From Candidatus Omnitrophota bacterium (GTDB lineage: Bacteria > Omnitrophota > Gorgyraeia > Aquiviventales > Aquiviventaceae), in assembly GCA_016180575.1 (NCBI GenBank), contig JACPAY010000006.1:10165-74164 (forward strand): DNA of 64,000 nt, written 5' to 3'. Shown in pieces: positions 56,151 to 63,624 of this stretch. The position numbers and the translations under genes were made by a program. The notes under the pieces are model-generated. The model was given only the letters and a program-made list of their open reading frames with translations. It had not been told where the DNA came from and did no database searches. Numbering within the stretch: the first letter of the stretch is position 1; each line of letters begins with the position of its first letter.

Positions 56151-56854
56151 GACGGCGGCGGACCGGGAGAAACCGCGCTGCCGGTGGGGAGGCTCATCCG
56201 GCGCGCGACCTCGCCGCCGGCTCCCAGGTCGAGCGTCACCTCGACGAGGCGAGGCAGCGCGCGCTCCGGCTGCTCCCAGCGATCGCGCCATTCAAGCGGC
56301 GCCGTGGCGTCCGGCGGCAGCTGGGCGTAGCGGAGAATCATCTGCTCGCAGCCGGACAGGATCAGCTCCGGCGCGGGCGAGAACCGCGCGCGCGACTCCC
56401 CGAGCGACTGGCTCGTCCGCCACAGGCCGCGGACGCCGCCGCGCTCCTCGCACCGGTAGGTCACGAACCGGACCGCGGGCAGCGGCCGGCGGCTTGTGGG
56501 GGGCAGCACCGTGAACCAGGCCAGCGCCGCCTCGTCGAACCGGGGCCGCGGCAGCGTGCCCGCCTCCTCCCCGTAGGACGATTCCCGGGTGTCGTAGATG
56601 GCCGCGTTCGCCAGCTCGCGAGAAAGGCGGCTCAACGCAACGTGCCGCCGCTGCACCGCTTCCCCGCTCGCCGCGGCGCGCCGCCAGACGGTGACGCCTC
56701 CGCGCAGGTGCGCCCCCAGTCCGACGACCAGCACCGCGATCATCACCGAGGCGATGAGCAGCTCCACCAGCGTGAACGCCAGAAATCGGGGACAGCCACT
56801 AATTTTCCCGTGACCCGGCTGTAGAAAATTAGTGGCTGTCCCCGATTTTCGCAT
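56147..56854 (-). CDS. gspJ: type II secretion minor pseudopilin GspJ-like
   Basis: 235 aa with a prepilin-type hydrophobic N-terminus (FTLVELLIASVMIAVLV). An unusually long 26-aa leader is encoded by the 25-bp-stem hairpin. The ATG directly abuts the gspI stop (TAGATG). Confidence 0.65.
   Translation of the reverse strand: MRKSGTATNFLQPGHGKISGCPRFLAFTLVELLIASVMIAVLVVGLGAHLRGGVTVWRRAAASGEAVQRRHVALSRLSRELANAAIYDTRESSYGEEAGTLPRPRFDEAALAWFTVLPPTSRRPLPAVRFVTYRCEERGGVRGLWRTSQSLGESRARFSPAPELILSGCEQMILRYAQLPPDATAPLEWRDRWEQPERALPRLVEVTLDLGAGGEVARRMSLPTGSAVSPGPPPS
56782..56850. repeat. 25-bp perfect-stem hairpin (family 3: AAATCGGGGACAGCCACTAATTTTC)
   Basis: Left arm 56782-56807, 16-nt loop, right arm 56824-50. 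A single arm copy recurs at 62444-62469. Confidence 0.9.
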
Positions 56855-57271
56855 CTAGTCGAGCCACTCGTTGAGCCACACCGCGTCCACCGTCAGCGAG
56901 GTGCCGCGCGCCTGGTCCCGCGCGACGGTCAGCGACACGTCGCTGGCGAGCGGGGCGCCGGCCTCATCCGTCAGGTCCGCGCGCAATACCGCCTCGAGGG
57001 TCCAGCGGTAGTCCTCGTGCGGCGGGTCAAACGTCCCGGCGCGATCCGTGGGGAGCGGGCGGCCGGCGAGCAATTCGGCCTCCAGCTCGAGCAGCTTCCC
57101 CTGCGCCAAGGCGAGGAGCGCCTCATGCGCTTCCACCGCCCGGATCGCGCCGAGCTGGCTGGCGAACCCGCGGCTGATGAAGGCGAGGCCCACCGCGATG
57201 ACGACGGCGGCGAGCGTCGCCTCAACGAGCAGCAGGCCCTGGCACGAGCCCCACGTGGCCGGTCGTCTCAT
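56855..57271 (-). CDS. gspI: type II secretion minor pseudopilin GspI-like
   Basis: 138 aa with a prepilin N-terminus (QGLLLVEATLAAVVIAVGLAFI). Confidence 0.7.
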   Translation of the reverse strand: MRRPATWGSCQGLLLVEATLAAVVIAVGLAFISRGFASQLGAIRAVEAHEALLALAQGKLLELEAELLAGRPLPTDRAGTFDPPHEDYRWTLEAVLRADLTDEAGAPLASDVSLTVARDQARGTSLTVDAVWLNEWLD

Positions 57272-57710
57272 CCACTGTCGCGGTCATGGCATGCGCCTGG
57301 AAGCTCACCGTGAGCGTCGCCGGCTCGCTCGTCCCTTCGGGGAAGAAGCGCACGCAGCTGCACTCGACCGGCGCATCGTCGAGCAAGAGCTGGACGGAGA
57401 AGTCCTCCGGCAGCGCACTACTCCGAAACAGCTCCGTGGCGGGCGCGGTCTCCTCGGGAACCTCCTCGACGCGGGCGCGGCGCGCAGCGGCATCCCAGAC
57501 CCAGACCGTCTCCCCGCCGCTTGCCACCGCCTGCTCATGGGCCGCGCGCAGCAGCTGGGCCAGCTCGGAAGCGGCCTGCTCCACGCGCAGCCGGAGCGCC
57601 GTCTGCTGCAGCCTCGGGGCGGCGGCCGCCACGAGGATGATGAGCACCACCGCGACCAGCGCAAGCTCGATGAGGGTGAACCCGGGCCGGCTCAGAGTTG
57701 GCTTCAACAC
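57222..57710 (-). CDS. gspH: type II secretion minor pseudopilin GspH-like
   Basis: GTG at 57710 gives a canonical leader, (M)LKPTLSRPG|FTLIELALVAVV. The ORF-track start at 57971 crosses the structured spacer and was rejected. Confidence 0.6.
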   Translation of the reverse strand: MLKPTLSRPGFTLIELALVAVVLIILVAAAAPRLQQTALRLRVEQAASELAQLLRAAHEQAVASGGETVWVWDAAARRARVEEVPEETAPATELFRSSALPEDFSVQLLLDDAPVECSCVRFFPEGTSEPATLTVSFQAHAMTATVDETTGHVGLVPGPAAR

Positions 57711-57975
57711 CTCGCGCGAGCCGCGTTGCGTGCGCCACGGGCCAGGGCCAAGGAACGACGACGAAGGCGTATCAGGAACCGCGATACGTCGAGGAGGAGT
57801 GACGCCGGCCCTGGCCCCGTGCCGCCGCAACCCGAAGGGCTGGGCGAACTGGCGTCGCCGTGCATCGTTGCTCGTCGTCGCCGTATCGCTCCCTGCTGAT
57901 ACGGCTTCCTCCTCGCGCCTCGCGCGGCTCGCCATTGCGCCCAGCGCGGCCGCGGGAGGTGTTGAAGCCAACTCT
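57694..57975 (-). other. 282-nt rod-like imperfect palindrome closed by a perfect 20-bp stem (gspG-gspH intercistronic)
   Basis: AGAGTTGGCTTCAACACCTC (57694-57713) is the exact reverse complement of 57956-57975. The interior shows further arm-to-arm complementarity, e.g. CGTATCAG/CTGATACG. Confidence 0.85.
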
Positions 57976-58387
57976 AATCCCAGTTGGTCACGTCGTCCTT
58001 CCCCGCCTGCCCGTCGGAGCCCAGCGAGAAGAGATCGTAGTCCTGGTTGTGCTGCGAGGCTTTCTTATACTCGTAGGGGCGGCCCCAGGGATCCTTCGGC
58101 AGCCCCCGCTTCAGGTACGGGCCGTTCCACTTCGCCCGCGCCTCATCGCTGAGGTGCGACGGCGCCTCGCGGGCGGTCAGCGCCTCCAGGGAATCGGGGT
58201 ACTGGCCGGCGTCCAGCTCGTAGAGGTCGAGCGCCACGCCGATCGAGGCGATGTCCGACTTCGCGCGGGCGATCTTCGCCTGCTCGGTCCGGCCGGCGAG
58301 GCGCGGGACCACCATCGCCGCCAGCACGCCGATGATGACGACCACCAGCATCAACTCGACCAGCGTGAACCCCCGCTTCTGCGTCAT
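57974..58387 (-). CDS. gspG: type II secretion major pseudopilin GspG
   Basis: ATG at 58387 overlaps the gspF stop (ATGA). MTQKRG|FTLVELMLVVVIIGVLAAMVVPRL...DPWGRPYEY. 137 aa. Confidence 0.9.
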   Translation of the reverse strand: MTQKRGFTLVELMLVVVIIGVLAAMVVPRLAGRTEQAKIARAKSDIASIGVALDLYELDAGQYPDSLEALTAREAPSHLSDEARAKWNGPYLKRGLPKDPWGRPYEYKKASQHNQDYDLFSLGSDGQAGKDDVTNWD

Positions 58388-59601
58388 TGGACCCCCAATC
58401 CGATTTGAAAGACCGGCAGCAGCATCGCCAGCACGATCCCCAGCACCATCGTGCCGACGAGGAGCAGGAGGACGGGCTCCAGGATTGTCGTCAGCGTCCG
58501 CATCGTCCGGTCGAGCTCCCGCTCGTAGGCGGCGGCGACCTTCAGGAGGGCGGCGTCCACCGTCCCGGACTCCTCGCCGACCGCCACCATGTTGCTGACG
58601 AACACCGGGAACTTGCGCGTGGCGGCCAGCGCCGCCGCGAGGCTGGAGCCGTCGCGCACCGCGTCGTGGACCCGCCCGACCGCCGCGCGCAGCGTCACGT
58701 TGGCGAGGTTCTCGGCCACGACCTCGAGGGCCTGGAGGATGGGCACGCCCTGTCCGAGCAGGACCCCGAGGTTGCGCGCAAACCGCGCCGTCTCCACCTG
58801 GCGCACCAGGGCGCCGAGCGCGGGGATGCCGATGAGCGCGCGGTCGACCGCCGCCCGGCCGGCGGGGCTGGCGTGCCAGAGGCGCAGCGCCCAGGCCGCC
58901 GCGGTCCCGCCAAACAGCAGCGCCCACCACCACCGCGTCACCGCCCCGCTCACCGCCAAGAGGACCCGCGTCGGCAGCGGCAGCACCTGGCCGGTCTCGA
59001 GCAGGACGAGCGAGAGCTTCGGGATGACGTACGCCATCAGGAAGGCGGTCATCGCCACGGCGACGCCCAGCACGAAGAGCGGATAGGCCGAGGCGCTCGC
59101 GATGCGGCTGCGCAGCTCGGCATCGGATTCCCCCAGCTCGGCGAGCCGGTTCAGCGCCCGCTCAAGCCCCCCGCCCACCTCGCCGGCCCTGACCAGGCTG
59201 CGGTAGAGCGGCGGGAAGACGCGCGGGTGGTCGCCGAGGGCGTCGCTCAGCGGCCGGCCGTCGCGCACGGAGGCGGCGAGCGACTCGATGACTCGCCGCA
59301 GCGCCGCGTGCTCGGTCTGCTTGGCCAGGAGCGTCAGCGCGCTGAGGAGCGGCAGCCCGCCGCCCAGGAGGTCGGCGAGCTGGTGCGTGGTGTAGGCGAG
59401 GGTGCGGGAGGAAATCCGGCGGGGCAAGGTGCCCAGCGGCGAACCGGCCGGGGCGCCGACTTCCGCGATGGAGATGGGGAAGACCCCTTCACGGCCGAGC
59501 CGGCTGAGCGCCGACGCTTCGGTGTCGGCCTCGATCGTGCCTTCGCGGAGGTGCAGGGCGTGGTCCTTGGCTCGATACGCGAACCGCGGCATACCTCTCA
59601 T
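58384..59601 (-). CDS. gspF: type II secretion / type IV pilus platform protein GspF
   Basis: 405 aa, two T2SF repeats, three TM segments. Start is ATG at 59601 or 59592. Confidence 0.9.
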   Translation of the reverse strand: MRGMPRFAYRAKDHALHLREGTIEADTEASALSRLGREGVFPISIAEVGAPAGSPLGTLPRRISSRTLAYTTHQLADLLGGGLPLLSALTLLAKQTEHAALRRVIESLAASVRDGRPLSDALGDHPRVFPPLYRSLVRAGEVGGGLERALNRLAELGESDAELRSRIASASAYPLFVLGVAVAMTAFLMAYVIPKLSLVLLETGQVLPLPTRVLLAVSGAVTRWWWALLFGGTAAAWALRLWHASPAGRAAVDRALIGIPALGALVRQVETARFARNLGVLLGQGVPILQALEVVAENLANVTLRAAVGRVHDAVRDGSSLAAALAATRKFPVFVSNMVAVGEESGTVDAALLKVAAAYERELDRTMRTLTTILEPVLLLLVGTMVLGIVLAMLLPVFQIGLGVQ

Positions 59602-59650
59602 GGTATCAGATACCTACGATATGGGGAAGCGTTGTAGGTATCTGATACCA
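59601..59650. repeat. 16-bp perfect-stem hairpin (family 2: TGGTATCAGATACCTA)
   Basis: Arms 59601-59616 and 59635-59650 with an 18-nt loop. Fills the gspE-gspF spacer. The arm end coincides with the A of the gspF ATG. Confidence 0.9.
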
Positions 59651-59654
59651 TGCC

Positions 59655-61157
59655 TTACGTGACGCGGAGGACCTCTTGGGGGGTGGTGAGCCCCTGCACG
59701 ATCCTCTGCCACCCGTCCTGCCGGAGCGTCCGCATCCCGCCGAGGCGCTGGGCGGCCTGCGCGATCTCGTGGGACGAGGAGCGCTTGAGGACGAGCTCCT
59801 GGATCGGCTCGCTGACGAGCAGGAACTCGTAGATGGCGGTCCGGCCCTTGTAGCCGGTGCCCTTGCAGGCGGGACAGCCGCGCCCGTACTGGAGCGCGCG
59901 CGGCAGCTCGGCGACGCCGAACTCCTCCAGCAGCCCGGGCTCCGGGGGACGCTCCTCCCGGCAGGCGAGGCAGACGAGGCGCACGAGGCGCTGCGCGACG
60001 AAGCACAGGACCGAGGAGGCGACAAGATACGGCTCGATGCCCATGTCCAGGAGCCGCGTCACCCCGCCCGCCGCGTTGTTCGTGTGGAGCGTGGAGAAGA
60101 CGAGGTGCCCGGTCAGGGCGCTGCGGATGGTGATCTCGGCGGTCTCCGGGTCCCGGACCTCGCCCACCATCATGATGTCGGGGTCGTGGCGGAGCATCGA
60201 CCGCAGCCCCTGGGCGAAGGAGAAGCCGATCTTCGTGTGGACCTGGAGCTGCGTGATGCCGGCGAGCTGGTACTCGATGGGGTCCTCGATCGTCAGGATC
60301 TTCACGTTCGGGGCGTTGAGCTTCGAGAGGCAGGCATAGAGCGTCGTCGTCTTGCCGGAGCCGGTGGGGCCGGTCACGAAGATGATGCCGTGCGGCTTCT
60401 GGATGAGCTGGACGAGCTGCTCCCGGTGGTCCGGGCCAAGGCCCAGCTGCTCGAGGCTGAAGAGCATCTGGGAGGACAGCAGCCGGATCTCCACCGCCTC
60501 GCCGAAGCTCGTCGGCAGCACCGAGATGCGCAGGTCCAGGTCCTCCCCGTCGAGGCCGACCTTGATGCGGCCGTCCTGCGGCAGCCGCCGCTCCGCGATG
60601 TCGAGCTGCGCCATCACCTTGATCCGGGAGACGATCGCCTGGTGGAGCCGCACGAGGTCCGCCGGGGTCGAGATCTCGTACATGACCCCGTCGATGCGCT
60701 GGCGCACCCGGAGCGTCTGCCCGAACGGCTCGATGTGGATGTCGGTCGCGCGGTCGCGCGCCGCGGAGAGGATGAGCTGGTTGACGAACGAGATGACGGA
60801 GGCGTCGTCGGGCTTGGCGGTCAGGTCCTCCGTCGCGGCCGAGGCCGGGGCGGCGGCCTCGTGCAATCCGGTGTCGAGGAGCCGCTCCACCGCCGAGGCC
60901 CCGATCCCGTAGTGCCGCTGGATGGCCTCGCGGATCTCGACGGGGTCGGCGAGCGCGGGCCGGACCTCGCAGCCGAGGAGCAACTTCAGCTCATCGAGCG
61001 TCTGCACGTCGAAGGGGTCGGCGACGGCGATCTGCAGCGCGCCGTCCGCGAAGGCGACCGGCATGAGCTGGTAGTGGCTGGCGAACCTCGGCGACACCTT
61101 GGCCAGCACCTCGGGAGGGATCCGCGCGCCGGCCAGGCGCACCCGCTCAATTGACAT
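59655..61157 (-). CDS. gspE: type II secretion / type IV pilus assembly ATPase GspE
   Basis: 500 aa. T2SSE N-domain, Walker A (GPTGSGKTTT), Asp/His boxes, tetracysteine motif (CLAC...CPAC). Confidence 0.9.
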   Translation of the reverse strand: MSIERVRLAGARIPPEVLAKVSPRFASHYQLMPVAFADGALQIAVADPFDVQTLDELKLLLGCEVRPALADPVEIREAIQRHYGIGASAVERLLDTGLHEAAAPASAATEDLTAKPDDASVISFVNQLILSAARDRATDIHIEPFGQTLRVRQRIDGVMYEISTPADLVRLHQAIVSRIKVMAQLDIAERRLPQDGRIKVGLDGEDLDLRISVLPTSFGEAVEIRLLSSQMLFSLEQLGLGPDHREQLVQLIQKPHGIIFVTGPTGSGKTTTLYACLSKLNAPNVKILTIEDPIEYQLAGITQLQVHTKIGFSFAQGLRSMLRHDPDIMMVGEVRDPETAEITIRSALTGHLVFSTLHTNNAAGGVTRLLDMGIEPYLVASSVLCFVAQRLVRLVCLACREERPPEPGLLEEFGVAELPRALQYGRGCPACKGTGYKGRTAIYEFLLVSEPIQELVLKRSSSHEIAQAAQRLGGMRTLRQDGWQRIVQGLTTPQEVLRVT

Positions 61158-61182
61158 ACCGATACCTTACCACACCTCGACG

Positions 61183-61210
61183 GAAAAAAGGCACCGGTTC
61201 CTATTTTTTC
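61183..61210. repeat. AT-clamped palindrome variant (A6-GGCACCGGTTCCTA-T6)
   Basis: GGAAAAAAGGCACCGGTTCCTATTTTTTC starts at the fabF stop codon, in the 51-nt fabF-gspE spacer. Confidence 0.8.
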
Positions 61211-62462
61211 AACCGCTGAACTTCCGGAACACCACGGTGGCGTTGTGGCCCCCGAAGCCGAGCGAGTTGGAGACCACCGCTTCCACCGGCGCCTTGCGCG
61301 CCTCATTGGGGATGTAGTCGAGGTCGCAGGCCGGGTCCGGGTGCTCGTAGTTGATGGTCGGCGGCATCACGCCGTCCCGGATGGCGAGCACGGAGATGAC
61401 CCCCTCGACCCCGCCGGCCCCCCCGATGAGGTGGCCCATCATCGATTTGGTGGAGGAAACCGCCACCCGCTTGGCGGCGTCCTTGAACGTCGCCTTGATG
61501 GCCAGCGTCTCGATCTTGTCGTTGAGGTCCGTGGAGGTCCCGTGCGCGTTGAGGTAGCTCACCTGGTCGGGGCGCATCCGCGCGTCCTCCAGCGCCATCG
61601 CCATCGCCTTGGCCGCCCCCGCCCCCTCCGGGTCGGGCGCGGTCATGTGGAAGGCGTCCGCCGTCGCCCCGTAGCCGGCCATCTCGGCGTAGATTCTGGC
61701 CCCCCGCCGCTTGGCGTGCTCCAGCTCCTCCAGGACCAGGACGCCGGCGCCCTCGCCGATGACGAAGCCGTCCCGCTCCTTGTCGAAGGGGCGGCTCGCC
61801 TTGGCCGGCTCGTCGTTGCGGCGGGAGAGCGCCATGAGGGCGCAGAATCCGCCCACCGTCAGGGGCGTGATGCAGCTTTCGGTGCCGCCGCCCAGCATGA
61901 CGTCGGCGAGGCCCCGCTGGATGATGCGGAACGCCTCCCCGAGCCCGTGCGCGCCCGAGGCGCAGGCGCTCGTCGTGCAGAAGTTCGGGCCCTTCCATCC
62001 CAGGTCCATCGCCACCTGGCCCGGCGCCATGTTGCAGATGAGCATCGGGATCATGAAGGGGCTGAGCCGCTTCGGCCCCTTCGCCACGAGGGTGCTGTGC
62101 TGCTGCTCGATCAAATGCATGCTCCCGATGCCGGTGCCGATGACGACCCCGAACCGGAAGGGATCGGCGGGTGCTCCCGTGAGCCCGGCGTCCGCCACCG
62201 CCTGCTTGCCGGCGGCGATGGCGAACTGCACGAACCGCTCGCTCCGCTTGATCTCCTTGGGGCTGAGGTACTGCGCCGGGTCGAACCCCTTCACCTCGGC
62301 GGCGATTCGGGATTCAAGGGCGCCCGCATCGAAGCAGCTGATGGGGCCGACGCCGCTCGTCCCGGCCAGCAGCGAGCGCCACATGGCGGGCACGTCGTTG
62401 CCCACCGGCGTCACCGCCCCAAGCCCTGTCACCACCACTCGTCGAAAATCGGGGACAGCCAC
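61209..62462 (-). CDS. fabF: 3-oxoacyl-ACP synthase II
   Basis: 417 aa. KAS II active-site Cys (TSACASG) and His motifs ([17 protein letters not shown]). GTG start preceded by GGAG. Confidence 0.9.
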   Translation of the reverse strand: MAVPDFRRVVVTGLGAVTPVGNDVPAMWRSLLAGTSGVGPISCFDAGALESRIAAEVKGFDPAQYLSPKEIKRSERFVQFAIAAGKQAVADAGLTGAPADPFRFGVVIGTGIGSMHLIEQQHSTLVAKGPKRLSPFMIPMLICNMAPGQVAMDLGWKGPNFCTTSACASGAHGLGEAFRIIQRGLADVMLGGGTESCITPLTVGGFCALMALSRRNDEPAKASRPFDKERDGFVIGEGAGVLVLEELEHAKRRGARIYAEMAGYGATADAFHMTAPDPEGAGAAKAMAMALEDARMRPDQVSYLNAHGTSTDLNDKIETLAIKATFKDAAKRVAVSSTKSMMGHLIGGAGGVEGVISVLAIRDGVMPPTINYEHPDPACDLDYIPNEARKAPVEAVVSNSLGFGGHNATVVFRKFSG

Positions 62463-62469
62463 TAATTTC
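62444..62469. repeat. single arm of family-3 repeat overlapping the fabF start
   Basis: GAAAATCGGGGACAGCCACTAATTTC matches the arms at 56782-56850, one T short in the T-run. The fabF GTG (62462) and first 6 codons lie inside it. Confidence 0.85.
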
Positions 62470-62483
62470 TCCTTGGCTTCGCT

Positions 62484-62517
62484 CTAAAACACGAACGTCC
62501 GCTCACAAGCGGACGTC
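62484..62517 (-). terminator. hairpin + U-run downstream of acpP (terminator/attenuator)
   Basis: 9-bp stem ACGTCCGCT/AGCGGACGT with a 4-nt loop (62495-62516), followed on the coding strand by CGUGUUUUAG. Confidence 0.55.
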
Positions 62518-62544
62518 CGCACACTGCACAGATTGTACGGCTGG

Positions 62545-62793
62545 CTACTTCGCGCCGGCAGTCTTCGACTCGATGTACTTGATGGCCTCGCCCACCGAGC
62601 TCATCTTCTCGGCGTCCTCGTCGGGGATCTCGATGCCGAACTCCTCCTCCAGCGCCATGACGAGCTCGACCGTGTCGAGCGAATCCGCCCCGAGGTCCTC
62701 GATGAAGGAGGCCGCGTCCGTGACCTCCTCCAGCTTGACGCCCAGCTGCTCGGCGATGATCGCCCGCACCCGATCCGCGACAGCCTCTGCCAT
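62545..62793 (-). CDS. acpP: acyl carrier protein
   Basis: ATG at 62793. 82 aa with the phosphopantetheine site [13 protein letters not shown]. Confidence 0.9.
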   Translation of the reverse strand: MAEAVADRVRAIIAEQLGVKLEEVTDAASFIEDLGADSLDTVELVMALEEEFGIEIPDEDAEKMSSVGEAIKYIESKTAGAK

Positions 62794-62829
62794 ATACAAC
62801 CCTCCTTGTTTCGGCCTGAGCAAATGCCC

Positions 62830-63588
62830 TTACATCGCGAGGCCGCCGTCCACCACCAGCACGTGGCCGGTGATGTACCGCGCGGCATCGCTGACCAAGA
62901 AGAGCGCGGCGCGCGCCACGTCCAGCGGCTCGCCCAGCGTCCCCATCGGGATCGCCTCAAGCAGCCGCTGCCTCGCCTGCTCCGGCAGCGCCTCGGTCAT
63001 CTCGGTCTTGATGAAGCCCGGCGCGATGGCGTTGCAGGTGATGCCCCGCCTCGCCAGCTCCTTGGCCACGGCCTTGGTCAGCCCGATGATGCCGGCCTTG
63101 GAGGCGGCGTAGTTCGCCTGGCCGGGATTCCCAATGAGCCCCACGATGGAGGCGATGCTGACGATCCGGCCCCGCCGGGCTTTCAGCATGTGCTTGGCCA
63201 CGGCCCGGGTGCAGAGGAAGGTGCCCTTCAGGTTGATGGCGAGCACCCGATCCCACTGCGCATCATCCATGCGGATGAGCAATCCATCCTTGGTGATGCC
63301 CGCGTTGTTGATGAGTATATCGATTCTCCCCAGCTTGTCAAGCACTTTTGCCACGCCGTCCTCGACCTGTTTTCCGTCGGTGACATCGACGGAAAGCCCC
63401 TCGGCCCGCCGGCCCAGGGCGCGCAGCTCCTGGGCGGTTTGTTCCAGCAGCTCGGGGTTCACGTCAAAGAGCGCCACGTCCGCCCCGGCCTGGGCAAACA
63501 CCAGGGCGATCTCCCGCCCGATCCCCCGGGCGCCCCCGGTCACGATGGCGACCTGGCCGGTGAGGGGGGTGGTTGTCGCGTCACTCAT
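62830..63588 (-). CDS. fabG: 3-oxoacyl-ACP reductase
   Basis: 252 aa SDR (VTGGARGIG, YAASKAG, NAIAPGFI). Confidence 0.9.
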   Translation of the reverse strand: MSDATTTPLTGQVAIVTGGARGIGREIALVFAQAGADVALFDVNPELLEQTAQELRALGRRAEGLSVDVTDGKQVEDGVAKVLDKLGRIDILINNAGITKDGLLIRMDDAQWDRVLAINLKGTFLCTRAVAKHMLKARRGRIVSIASIVGLIGNPGQANYAASKAGIIGLTKAVAKELARRGITCNAIAPGFIKTEMTEALPEQARQRLLEAIPMGTLGEPLDVARAALFLVSDAARYITGHVLVVDGGLAM

Positions 63589-63624
63589 GTCGGCGCATTA
63601 TAGCGAAAAATGGTACCGGTTGCT

